From contig NZ_CP179930.1 in NCBI RefSeq assembly GCF_047495495.1, positions 1,595,077 to 1,659,076 on the forward strand: DNA of 64,000 bases, in the 5' to 3' direction. Below are positions 29,149 through 38,848 of the stretch, piece after piece. The translations under genes were made by a program, and so were the position numbers. Numbering within the stretch: the first letter of the stretch is position 1; each line of letters begins with the position of its first letter. The DNA comes from Zymobacter sp. IVIA_12111.31 C1 (GTDB lineage: Bacteria > Pseudomonadota > Gammaproteobacteria > Pseudomonadales > Halomonadaceae). Under the pieces are notes generated by a model, which saw only the letters and a list, made by a program, of their open reading frames with translations, was not told the origin of the DNA and ran no database searches.

Positions 29149-29788
29149 CGCTTGTCCTGTCCATTTACAGTGGGAAATGACCCTGACCAACCAACAAGCG
29201 CCGCGCTGGGGCAAATCCAACGTGGCGCTTGGCGTCAATGCAGTAGAATGGCGGCAGTATACGACCGACGACCCCAGCCGCGGTGCAGGTGCTGCGTTAC
29301 GACGCACCCTACCGCGCATTTCAGTGCGGCATCCTCCTGCTGCTGCTACAAGCGTGTCACTTCCTCATGGGCACCTAATCTGCGAGACAAGAATATCTAT
29401 TCGGTTAAATCAGAACAGTGATATCAGTGAAACAGGCCAAGATAAACAACTTTGGCCACCGTCCGGGTCTTATTGAGAGCATCCCGCGTGTACGGCATCG
29501 TGAAAATGTGGGTTGATTTTGCCCTGATGCACAACCAACCTGTCATTTTGCAAAGAACCCTTTATTTATCACCCTTTCAGAGTGACGACATCACTTCAAA
29601 GCTACTCGCTTGATATTGGAACCAAAGGTAATCCACCCCCATCTTTGATAGCATCCTATCGGTTATTCTTCTCTTAGATCTACGCAGTTCCCCCCTTCTT
29701 TCTAGGTGCTATAGTCAAAGGATAAGCCTTCCTTTACAGGCATAGGGCCACCCTGTTTCCCCCACTTTCTGCGACTACAGGAGTCACC

Positions 29789-30910
29789 ATGTCCACTCCC
29801 GTACTATTCCAGCCCAACCGCATTGGCGCGCTAGCGCTCGACAACCGTATCGTCATTCCCCCCATGTGCCAGTACTCCGCCCATGACGGTAAGCCCACCG
29901 ACTGGCACACCCAGCACTGGGGCAACATGCTGCAGTCAGGTGCAGGCCTGTTCATCGTTGAGGGCACCGCGGTCAGCCCCGAGGGCCGTATCAGCGCTCA
30001 CGATCTTGGGCTGTGGGACGATCATACCGAAGCGGCGTTCGCTGATATCCTCGGTCGCGTGCGCCGCTACAGTGAGATGCCCGTAGGTATCCAGCTGGCC
30101 CATGCGGGCCGCAAGGCGTCCTGCCATCGTTCATGGGTCAAGAAAGGCGCGCAGATTGCCCCGCATCAGCCCGAGGGCTGGCAGACCATCGCACCGTCTG
30201 CACTGCCTTATGCCGAGGGGTATCAGACACCGCGTGAAATGAGCCTGGACGACATTGGTCACATCAAGCAGGCCTTTGTCGATGCCGCACGACGCGCGGT
30301 CAATCTGGGCTTCAACCTGATCGAACTGCACGCCGCACACGGTTACTTGCTGCACGAGTTCCTGTCCCCCTTGTCCAACCAGCGCACCGATCAGTACGGC
30401 GGCAATTTGCAGAAACGTATGCGCTTTCCACTGGAAGTCTTCGCCGCCGTGCGTGACGTTGTACCGTCGAACATTCCGGTAGGTGTGCGCATTTCCGCCA
30501 CAGACTGGGTAGAAGGTGGCTGGGACATCGAACAGTCTCAGGCATTCTGCCGCGAGATCGAAGCCCACAAGGGCAGCTTTATCGACGTCACCTCAGGCGG
30601 GTTGGACCCACGCCAAGCGCTGGACGACTATCCGGCCTATCAGATCCCATTGGCACGCGCGATAAAGGCCGCCATTGATGACATTCCGGTGATGGGCGTA
30701 GGTCTGATTACGACGCCCGAACTGGCCGAAGCCACCGTGGCGGTCGGCGATGTCGACCTGGTCGGTATCGGGCGCGGCATGCTGTATGACCCCCGCTGGC
30801 CGTGGCATGCCGCTGCTAAGCTCGGCGCCACCATCGAAGTAAGCCCGCAGTACTGGCGTGGCCGCCCATCGGCATTGAACGACACATTTAAGATGCGTGG
30901 GCAGCGCTGA
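29789..30910 (+). CDS. Old Yellow Enzyme-family NADH:flavin oxidoreductase (NemA/OYE-like ene-reductase)
   Basis: N-terminal FQPNRIGALALDNRIVIPPMCQY and HAAHGYLLHEFLSP active-site region typical of the OYE family. Confidence 0.85.
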   Translation: MSTPVLFQPNRIGALALDNRIVIPPMCQYSAHDGKPTDWHTQHWGNMLQSGAGLFIVEGTAVSPEGRISAHDLGLWDDHTEAAFADILGRVRRYSEMPVGIQLAHAGRKASCHRSWVKKGAQIAPHQPEGWQTIAPSALPYAEGYQTPREMSLDDIGHIKQAFVDAARRAVNLGFNLIELHAAHGYLLHEFLSPLSNQRTDQYGGNLQKRMRFPLEVFAAVRDVVPSNIPVGVRISATDWVEGGWDIEQSQAFCREIEAHKGSFIDVTSGGLDPRQALDDYPAYQIPLARAIKAAIDDIPVMGVGLITTPELAEATVAVGDVDLVGIGRGMLYDPRWPWHAAAKLGATIEVSPQYWRGRPSALNDTFKMRGQR

Positions 30911-31186
30911 AGGCAAATGCGAAAGGTCGCTAAAACCTCACAGGAAAGCCTGCGCAAGAGCACAGACAGGTCATTACGACCATAGGAGTGAAACCTATAG
31001 CCGCAGCATGCACATCATGCGGCAATGCGGTTGGATGAAGGGTCTTTAGCAAAAAAGACGCAATAAGCGTCAGCGCCCTTCTCTTTGTGCCGAGGATGAC
31101 CAAGAAACAAGCTCATAGGTCATCGCTTTTTCACAGCGGCATTGTTGCCAGCGCTACTGCACGCTACAGAGGCGCTCCCCACCATA

Positions 31187-31212
31187 AGAAAAGGCCCCGA
31201 AGGGCCTTTTCT
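31187..31212. terminator. Bidirectional rho-independent terminator downstream of the flotillin gene
   Basis: aaaaggccccgaagggcctttt: GC-rich stem-loop with A-run upstream and T-run downstream. Confidence 0.6.
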
Positions 31213-31271
31213 CAATCACATCTCTACCGGTACGGTCACCGTTGATCCGTCGGATACGGCAACGTTACCGC

Positions 31272-32729
31272 TTATAGCGATTCGTCAGTAGCAACGCCAC
31301 TCTCTTTGGGCTGCTTCTCGACGATATACTTTGGCAGTTCGTAACCCATAGTGTTGAGGAAGTTGCTGGTCAGCGGTACGGAGCCGACGTAGTCCTTCAG
31401 CAGGCTCGTCAGCGCCCCACTGCCTTCCTTCTCGCCATTGCCGCCGCCCAATACGTTCAGGCTGTCGATCTTGAGGTTCTTGATCGCTTCCGCCTGAATG
31501 GCCGCCAGTGATTCGGACTTGTCCAGCAACAGCAACTGAATGACCTTCTCGCTGTCACCACCGAACGCATCCACCAGCTTGGCGATACCTTCAGAGCGAG
31601 CACGGTACTGCTGCTCAATGCTGTAGGCTTCTGCTTCGGCCTTGATGCGAATGCCTTCGGCTTCACCTTGGGCGGCAATGCGAACCTGAGCTGCCGACGC
31701 TTCGGATGCGATTTCCAGCTTGCGCTTGTCAACGTTGGCCGTCGGAATCGCTTCCTTCTCAATGCGTGCCTGCTCCGCTTTCTGGCGCTCCATGGCTACA
31801 CGCGTATCGGCTTCGGCCGCGGCAATCTCACTGATGCGACGTGCATCGGCCATCTTGACCGCCAGCTCGGACTCGGACTGAGCAATCAGGCTCTTCGATT
31901 CGTTTTCTTTGGAAACCTGTTCCGCCTGAATTTCAGCCTGACGGATGGTCGAGTCGCGGTGCGCTTCCTGAACCCCGATGGTCTTCTGCGCTTCAGCACG
32001 CGCGATACCAATCTCACGCTCTTTCTCGTTCTCAGCGATGCCCATCGCACTAATGCGCTGCTGCTGCGACACGTCGATACGCGCGCTTTCGATGGTACGC
32101 GCCGTCTCACGCTGCCCCAGCGAGTTGATCACGTCGTTGTTATCAAGGATGTCCTTGATGTTGACGTTGATGATGGTCAGACCGATTTTGTTCAGCTCAA
32201 GCTCAACGCTCTCGTTGACCAGCTCCAAGAACTTATCGCGGTCGCTGATAATATCGTCGATCTTCATGCGCGAAATGACATGGCGCAGCTGACCGATGAT
32301 GATGTTGTTACCCTGCTCAATGATCTGCGCACTGGTCATGCCCAGCAGACGATTGATGGCATTGTTCAGAATCGACGGCTTGTCGGTCGGAATCGCGACG
32401 GTGAAGGTCGCCGGAATATCAACACGCGTCTTCTGGATGGTCAGCGCTTCTTTCAGATCAACGGAGACCGTCAGCGGCGCTAGACTCATCTGACGGTAGT
32501 CCTGCAGGAACGGAATGACGAAAATACCGCCACCCTGACATACTTTCTGCGGTGCTTGGCCCACACTGTCGACGTTCTTGTTCTTCTTGCGTCCGAAAAC
32601 ACCGTACACAACCATCAATACGTTGTTGGGGACCTTCTTATAGGACTTGGAAATGAAAAGGCAGATCGACAGCAACAGTACCACGCAGATAGCGGGGATC
32701 ATCATTGCCGACAATGAGGGTGTATCCAT
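31272..32729 (-). CDS. Flotillin / SPFH (band-7) family protein, YqiK-like
   Basis: N-terminal TM segment, SPFH domain, long Ala/Glu/Gln-rich coiled-coil (flotillin repeats AEAQ.., AEAEA..). Confidence 0.8.
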   Translation of the reverse strand: MDTPSLSAMMIPAICVVLLLSICLFISKSYKKVPNNVLMVVYGVFGRKKNKNVDSVGQAPQKVCQGGGIFVIPFLQDYRQMSLAPLTVSVDLKEALTIQKTRVDIPATFTVAIPTDKPSILNNAINRLLGMTSAQIIEQGNNIIIGQLRHVISRMKIDDIISDRDKFLELVNESVELELNKIGLTIINVNIKDILDNNDVINSLGQRETARTIESARIDVSQQQRISAMGIAENEKEREIGIARAEAQKTIGVQEAHRDSTIRQAEIQAEQVSKENESKSLIAQSESELAVKMADARRISEIAAAEADTRVAMERQKAEQARIEKEAIPTANVDKRKLEIASEASAAQVRIAAQGEAEGIRIKAEAEAYSIEQQYRARSEGIAKLVDAFGGDSEKVIQLLLLDKSESLAAIQAEAIKNLKIDSLNVLGGGNGEKEGSGALTSLLKDYVGSVPLTSNFLNTMGYELPKYIVEKQPKESGVATDESL

Positions 32730-32742
32730 TGAAACGTTTCCC

Positions 32743-33315
32743 TTATGAATGTGTTTTTACTTTGATGATGGGGTTGTCCGATGCCTCACCGATAACATCC
32801 ACCACGGTAACACGCGTGGATGACGGTATAGGCTGATCTTCTTCTGTAATCGCATCGAACGTACGACGCTGATGATGCTTATCGAAGTAAGCCTGGCCCC
32901 CTTTCTGTCCATTGGCGTGGACCCTGATATATACCACCCCTACATCCCCCCTTTCGACGATGAGGGCTTCAGGCACACCCGGCCTATCAAGCTGTCTTAT
33001 CCATTTTCGCAGACCACCATATACCACGAACGTGGCTACACCGGCCGCCAGTGCGATCAGCATGGCGCGATAGGAAGCATCATCAAACAGCAGATAAGTC
33101 CAGAGCGTAATGGAAATACCGGAAAGCAGTCCGGAGAGCGTGAACAGCGAGAAGATGGAAAATCCTCCGGCCATGGAATCTAGACTCTCCAGCCCCGCTG
33201 ACACGGCATCGTCATGTCCATCGCCAAGGAACAGGCTCACGATGAAATGCAGGAAGAACAAGGCAGTGCACACCAACGCGAATACCAGCAGGGTGCTGCA
33301 ATGCAGATTGGCCAA
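32743..33315 (-). CDS. NfeD/YqiJ-like membrane protein, the usual partner of a flotillin
   Basis: Two-part architecture of hydrophobic N-terminal half and C-terminal beta-rich OB-like domain; immediately upstream of the flotillin gene, as in yqiJK. Confidence 0.65.
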   Translation of the reverse strand: MANLHCSTLLVFALVCTALFFLHFIVSLFLGDGHDDAVSAGLESLDSMAGGFSIFSLFTLSGLLSGISITLWTYLLFDDASYRAMLIALAAGVATFVVYGGLRKWIRQLDRPGVPEALIVERGDVGVVYIRVHANGQKGGQAYFDKHHQRRTFDAITEEDQPIPSSTRVTVVDVIGEASDNPIIKVKTHS

Positions 33316-33703
33316 GCGCTATTTCCTCCTCTGAAAACAGAGCGCTCATCTTAAGGAAAATCCATACATCGCACAAGAAAACCATAATATTATCATGACC
33401 CAATGTTTACCATTGCGTCGCTCTCTTTTATTGCCCTTTCTAATAAATAATTTACAACCAATAATAAATAACACCCATATTATTATATATAAAGTATATG
33501 TATGTGCACGGCGGAAGATGTTTAGTTTAGAAACGACACCTCTTCATTTTAACAGTGCGCTTATTATTTCTTCTAGAAGTCGCTTGTATGGCGTAGTTGT
33601 TGCATGAACCATTCAAGCGAATTCTAGCCGCTACATTGCGTATGCATGGTCCTTGGCACAAGCGCGCCTTTTACTCATCTGCCTATCATGAAGAGGTCCT
33701 CTG

Positions 33704-34405
33704 ATGCATGACACTGTCAATCTATGGCCGCTGATCGGTATCGCGGTCATTTCGCTCGGCTTCCTGCTGAAATTCAACCCCGTGCTGGTGGTGGTGACCT
33801 CTGGGGTCGTCACGGGGCTGGCCGCTCACATGTCGCTGGCGGATATCCTCGATAAGCTGGGCTCAGGCTTTCTGAGCACACGAAATCTGGCGCTGATCCT
33901 GCTGCTGCCGCTGGTCGTCATCGGCCTACTGGAGCGCTACGGGCTGAAGGAACGCTCACAGGACTGGATTGCCGGTATCCGCAGCGCCACTGCTGGGCGA
34001 CTACTGATCATCTATCTACTGGCTCGCCAGATGACCGCGGCGCTGGGGCTGACCAGCCTTGGCGGACACCCACAGATGGTGCGTCCGCTGCTGGCCCCAA
34101 TGGCAGAAGGTGCTGCCGAAAGCCGCTACGAGGCGCTCTCGGACACGGTACGTTTTAAGCTGCGCGCCATGGCTGCCGCCACGGACAACGTGGGCGTGTT
34201 CTTCGGTGAAGATATCTTCGTGGCCTTCGGTGCGATCATGTTCATGCACAACTTCATCCAGCAGGCCAGTGGCATCACGCTGGAACCGCTGCACATTGCG
34301 CTGTGGGGCATTCCGACCGCGCTCTGTGCATTTGTGATCCATGCATGGCGCCTGCACCGTCTTGACCATACGCTTGCACCACTGCGGACCACGAGGGAGG
34401 GATAG
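33704..34405 (+). CDS. DUF969-family membrane protein (putative 5-oxoproline/pyroglutamate transporter subunit)
   Basis: Polytopic membrane protein paired head-to-tail with the DUF979-like ORF; family assignment from remembered sequence character, not from a search. Confidence 0.45.
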   Translation: MHDTVNLWPLIGIAVISLGFLLKFNPVLVVVTSGVVTGLAAHMSLADILDKLGSGFLSTRNLALILLLPLVVIGLLERYGLKERSQDWIAGIRSATAGRLLIIYLLARQMTAALGLTSLGGHPQMVRPLLAPMAEGAAESRYEALSDTVRFKLRAMAAATDNVGVFFGEDIFVAFGAIMFMHNFIQQASGITLEPLHIALWGIPTALCAFVIHAWRLHRLDHTLAPLRTTREG

Positions 34406-34407
34406 GC

Positions 34408-35424
34408 ATGTTCAAGCAACAGTATCTCTTTACCCTAGCGGGCTTGCTGCTACTCGTCATCGCCGTCATGTCGTGCCGCGACAAAGGCAACCCGCGCCGC
34501 TGGTTCACCGGCCTGTTCTGGGGACTGTACGGACTGATATTCCTCGTCGATGACTGGGCGATTCCGCTGTTGGAACCCATCGCACCGCTTGGCTCGACCG
34601 GGGTACGAACGCTGCATGTCGGCGTGGGTGTGGTGGTGGTCGTGATGGCACTGATCGCTGGCTTCGGCGGTGTGCGACTGGGTCGCTATCATGCCCGCAG
34701 CGACGCACAGCGCCAGCAGAGTGCGCGAACGCTCAAGAACCGTCTGTTCATTCCCACGCTGATGATTCCCGTGATGACAGCCGGCGGCGTAGTGGCCTTC
34801 ACCTATGTGCCGGGGCTACAGCGGGCCGTGTTTGGCGAAGGCAACCATTCTACGCTGATCACCCTGACGTCCATGACGCTGGGCTGCTTACTGGGCTGGC
34901 TAATCGCGCTGCGCATGACCCGCGAAAAACCGCAGCAATCGCTGCAGGAAGCAAGGCGTCTGCTGGATTCGATCGGCTGGGCCTTCATTCTGCCCCAGAT
35001 ACTGGCAACGCTAGGACTGGTGTTCGTTGCCGCGGGCATCGACACCGATATCGCCTACCTGACCCAGCACTATCTGGCCCTGGACAGCCGTTTTGCGATG
35101 GTGGCGCTGTATGCCGTTGCCATGGCCCTGCTGTCTATGATCATGGGCAACGCCTTTGCGGCCTTCCCGATTGCCACGGCAGGCATCGGCCTACCGATTC
35201 TGGTCGGCCACTACGGTGGTGATCCCTCCGTCATGGCGGCAATCGGGATGTTCTGCGGCTACTGCGGCACACTGATGACCCCCATGGCCGCTAACTACAA
35301 CATCGTGCCCGCTGCCCTGCTGGAGCTGCCGGATAGGAATGGGGTTATCAAGGCACAGCTGCCCACCGGCATCGTGCTGCTCGGGGTGAACATCCTGCTG
35401 CTGTACTACCTGATGTTCCTGTAA
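34408..35424 (+). CDS. DUF979-family membrane protein (partner of DUF969)
   Basis: 338-aa polytopic membrane protein with a 3-bp gap to the upstream gene. Confidence 0.45.
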   Translation: MFKQQYLFTLAGLLLLVIAVMSCRDKGNPRRWFTGLFWGLYGLIFLVDDWAIPLLEPIAPLGSTGVRTLHVGVGVVVVVMALIAGFGGVRLGRYHARSDAQRQQSARTLKNRLFIPTLMIPVMTAGGVVAFTYVPGLQRAVFGEGNHSTLITLTSMTLGCLLGWLIALRMTREKPQQSLQEARRLLDSIGWAFILPQILATLGLVFVAAGIDTDIAYLTQHYLALDSRFAMVALYAVAMALLSMIMGNAFAAFPIATAGIGLPILVGHYGGDPSVMAAIGMFCGYCGTLMTPMAANYNIVPAALLELPDRNGVIKAQLPTGIVLLGVNILLLYYLMFL

Positions 35425-35451
35425 CCCTCGCATTTCGCCGACGCCATGATG

Positions 35452-35490
35452 AAAAGGGATGGACACTATCGTGCCATCCCTTTCTATTAA
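35452..35490 (+). terminator. Rho-independent terminator after the DUF979 gene
   Basis: gggatgg...ccatccc stem followed by tttctatta. Confidence 0.5.
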
Positions 35491-35568
35491 GTTAGTGAAC
35501 CAGCACGAGCATCAAGACCCTTCGGCTATTTGCCTCGCAACGCGCCGCATAGCCATGACGCCGCCCTC

Positions 35569-35696
35569 AGAGCATGTTTCATAACCCCAATACCCATGTC
35601 ATTGAAGGGACGTCAAACCCCAAATTGCGGTAGAAGCCTTCTATTGTAGAAAGGGTAAAAGCCCATCACTCAGGTTATAAAACTGTCTCCTAAGAG
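35569..35696 (+). repeat. Copy B of the roughly 130-bp repeated element; its end overlaps the stop codon of the aminotransferase gene on the opposite strand
   Basis: Aligned by eye to 22935..23060; mostly third-position-like AT-to-GC differences in the first 40 bp. Confidence 0.7.
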
Positions 35697-36994
35697 GCAC
35701 GTAGATACTTTTCGATAGCAGCCACCCCATGCGCCATCGGTACGTCGATATCATCGTCCTCGAATACCGCGCCAAGCGCACGGCGTGCATAGGCCTTGCG
35801 CTGCTCACTGACGATACGTGTACCGACCAGCCCGTCGGCGGCACCTGAAACCACGACCTCCCGCAATGCCTGAGCAAAGGCGGCCACCGCATGATCCTTT
35901 TCGCGCTCACCGAACGCGAAGTTGATCATATGCGTGCCGTTGCACTCCAGAAACAGTCCATGCTCGTAACAAGCCTGACCTACGGCGTCTCCCAGAGACT
36001 CGCTGCCAAATACCGTCTTGAACATCAGCGGGGCTCCCGTCACCCAGAGCGGGATACCCGCTTCATCGGCTTGCTGCTGCAGCTCGTTCATAAGCGCGGT
36101 TCCTATCGCCTGCGCGGATCGGTGCAGGGTTCCGTCTTCCAGCAGGTCGAGCGCTGTTAATGCCGCCGCCATCGGTGTGACCTCCTTATTGTATGTACCG
36201 GCCAACCCCGCAGAGTCATAGGCGTCGATGATATCGGCTTTCCCTGCCACGCTCGACAGCGCCATTCCATTAGCGAGCCCTTTGCAAATCACCAACAGGT
36301 CGGCCGGAACACCGGCACCGTTGAGGCCCGCGGGCCCATAGCGCAGCCCCGACATCACTTCGTCCAGAATGAACGGCACGCCCGCCCGCGCACAGAGCCG
36401 TGACATCGCCCTGAAATCGTCTGCGGAATACCAACCCGGTTCAGGCGTCACGATGACACCCGCAATCGCACCGCGGCCCTGTTCGAGCAAGTAAGCCAGC
36501 GCCTCAAGGCTATAGCCGAAGTGGAACACCTCGTTTTGAGCATCCCAGCACACCTGCCGGAACCCCCGATGCCAATCGTGCCAACCGTGATAGCCGCTGG
36601 AGAGAATGACACGCCGCCCGGTATAGGCCCGTACCAGCCTAATGGCCGCGCTGGTGCCTTCTGAACCCGTGCGGAAAAACAGCGCCTTTTCTGCTGAGGC
36701 ATAGCGGTCGACAAGACGCTCAGCCAGCGCGATGCGCTGTGGGGACAGCGTGGTCGGAAACATAAGGCCACGCTGGGTAACCTGCTCCTCAATCGCTTTG
36801 TCGATCTCGGCTCGGCGATAACCGAACAGCGTTGTACCGTTCGACGAAGTCATATCCAGCAGCGTGCGCCCGTCACAATCTTCCAGCCAGGCCCCCTGCG
36901 CTTTCTGCACGATGAACGGCGGCCGGGCGTCGATATCATAGTGGCGTGCGGCCGTAACGGCTTCCGCCTTCACCAACAGACTACGGTTATCCAT
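35690..36994 (-). CDS. Class III PLP-dependent aminotransferase (glutamate-1-semialdehyde aminomutase-like)
   Basis: HemL-like sequence (GTTLFGY, SGYHGWHDWH, DEVMSGLRYG); 434 aa. Confidence 0.8.
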   Translation of the reverse strand: MDNRSLLVKAEAVTAARHYDIDARPPFIVQKAQGAWLEDCDGRTLLDMTSSNGTTLFGYRRAEIDKAIEEQVTQRGLMFPTTLSPQRIALAERLVDRYASAEKALFFRTGSEGTSAAIRLVRAYTGRRVILSSGYHGWHDWHRGFRQVCWDAQNEVFHFGYSLEALAYLLEQGRGAIAGVIVTPEPGWYSADDFRAMSRLCARAGVPFILDEVMSGLRYGPAGLNGAGVPADLLVICKGLANGMALSSVAGKADIIDAYDSAGLAGTYNKEVTPMAAALTALDLLEDGTLHRSAQAIGTALMNELQQQADEAGIPLWVTGAPLMFKTVFGSESLGDAVGQACYEHGLFLECNGTHMINFAFGEREKDHAVAAFAQALREVVVSGAADGLVGTRIVSEQRKAYARRALGAVFEDDDIDVPMAHGVAAIEKYLRAS

Positions 36995-37027
36995 AACGGT
37001 TCTCCCTAGTGATGATGCTTCGCGCGG

Positions 37028-38503
37028 TCAGCGCAGTGCCAGTGCCATGCGTCGTGCATTGGCCATGATGGTGTGGGTCGGGTTCCAGTTGCCGGCAAAG
37101 TTCATTACCGATGCGTCCATGACATAGACGTTGTCATAACCGTGTACCTTGCCCAGCGGGTCAACGACCGACTGAGTGGGGTCAACACCCGCACGCGCCG
37201 TGCCATGCAGGTGCGAAGCGCCTTTCCTGTGCATGGGGCGGTCATGCCGGATCGTCACCGCTCCCGCCTCACGCAAGATCTCGTCGGCCCGCGCGGTGAG
37301 ATAGGCCAAGCGCGCTTCGTCGTTAGCCGTGTTGCGGTACTGAACGCGGAGAATCGGCATACCGAACTCATCTTCCTTGTCCTCTAGGGTGATGCGGTTG
37401 TGGGACCACGGTTCGTCACCTGCCAGGTAGTGGATTCTCAGATGACCGATGTTCTCTTCGGGGACCGGCGATGCCACTTCGTAGATCAGTCCGCCAAAGC
37501 GGGTCGGCATGTCCGGGGCCTGATAGAAATCATCGGTATAGACCGTAGCGGGTGCGCCTCGATGAGGCGCAGCAAGATCTGCCTCTTTCAACCAGCGCCG
37601 ATTCGACCCAATGGAATACCCACTGACCTTGAGCGACAGCCCCCGCCCGACCAGATCATGCTCGTTGCCGATACCACGTGGGGCGAAAGACGATCGGGAA
37701 CGCAGCAGCAAGGCGCTGGACTGAATGGCATTGCTACAGCACACGACCTTCGCCACCGGTATGCGCAGCCGCTGGGACGAGAACGGGATATAGCACTCCA
37801 CACCGCTGGCCTGCCCTTCGCTTTCTTGCAGGATGCGCTTGACCAGACAGCCGTACAGCACCGTGATACTGCCCGGCAGACCGTCATCATTGATGACCGA
37901 GCGCGTGATGACCGATGCCTTGGCCCCCATTGGGCAGCAGCGACTGTCACAGGCGGCACAGTAGCCACACCCGTGTGGGTGTTGTGGAGGAAGAATGGCC
38001 AGCGGCATGGGATGCGGGTGGTAACCCAACGAGGACATGGCGGCGGCTATGCGGGTCGCACGGGCACTCAGCGGGTAATCCCCCATATGCTCAATACCAA
38101 GCAGCGCTTCGATATACGCATAGTGTTCGTTCAGTTCCTGAATCTCGATCGGCCAGTCAATGGCCATGTCAGATTCTAGAAACTGACTGGCGCGCAGGTC
38201 CGCGGCCCGGTAGCGAAAGGTAATGGCGGAATAGAACTGCATGCCACCCCCAACACAGCAGGCGGTCCACGGGTTGCCATCCATTTGCTCGGTGTAGGTC
38301 ACGGCCTTGGTGAACGTAGCTTGGTGAGGTGTTAGTGCTGCCCCAGGGGATGGCAGACCTCCGAACTCTAGAATCAGTACAGCCTTGCCTTGCTCGGCAA
38401 GGGTGCGCGCTACCGTGGCTCCGGAAGGACCGGATCCCACAACCACAACATCGAAGGCATCCAGCGGTTTTTTATAGGCCGCAATATGCTGAATGGTTGT
38501 CAT
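37028..38503 (-). CDS. GMC-family FAD-dependent oxidoreductase
   Basis: N-terminal GxGxxG (VVVGSGPSG) and C-terminal GMC signature (HLHGTARAGVDP...VVD.LGKVHGYDNVYVMDASVM). Confidence 0.8.
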   Translation of the reverse strand: MTTIQHIAAYKKPLDAFDVVVVGSGPSGATVARTLAEQGKAVLILEFGGLPSPGAALTPHQATFTKAVTYTEQMDGNPWTACCVGGGMQFYSAITFRYRAADLRASQFLESDMAIDWPIEIQELNEHYAYIEALLGIEHMGDYPLSARATRIAAAMSSLGYHPHPMPLAILPPQHPHGCGYCAACDSRCCPMGAKASVITRSVINDDGLPGSITVLYGCLVKRILQESEGQASGVECYIPFSSQRLRIPVAKVVCCSNAIQSSALLLRSRSSFAPRGIGNEHDLVGRGLSLKVSGYSIGSNRRWLKEADLAAPHRGAPATVYTDDFYQAPDMPTRFGGLIYEVASPVPEENIGHLRIHYLAGDEPWSHNRITLEDKEDEFGMPILRVQYRNTANDEARLAYLTARADEILREAGAVTIRHDRPMHRKGASHLHGTARAGVDPTQSVVDPLGKVHGYDNVYVMDASVMNFAGNWNPTHTIMANARRMALALR

Positions 38504-38848
38504 TGCACGACTCCTTTATATAAGGAATACCGATACGTTGCGGTATATCAAACGTCATTTGAATGACCGCAGGCACGCTATAATGTGGGTTTGAAATCCT
38601 TGGTTTAAGGTCGCTGATTCAACGTTGTTGGTTTAAACACACTGGTTTAAAAACGTCTCCCTTAAACACAGGGATACAAATCCTCTCAGTTAAAGACAGA
38701 GTTAAGTCGCATTGCTTAAAGTCTCTGCGCATCACCATAACGAGCATGCAAGAACTGTGCGTGATGGTAATTTCAGCGCCAGCGTTACCCTCCCGAGCTA
38801 TATTGCAGGAATAATCAAACGTATTTTTTTCTCTATCGTTGATATTGT

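Noticed and set aside
31668-32483. 271-aa ORF antisense to the flotillin gene
   Set aside because: It mirrors the Ala/Glu-rich coiled-coil coding repeat, which on the opposite strand gives a low-complexity Arg/Leu-rich translation. The flotillin frame has clear SPFH homology.
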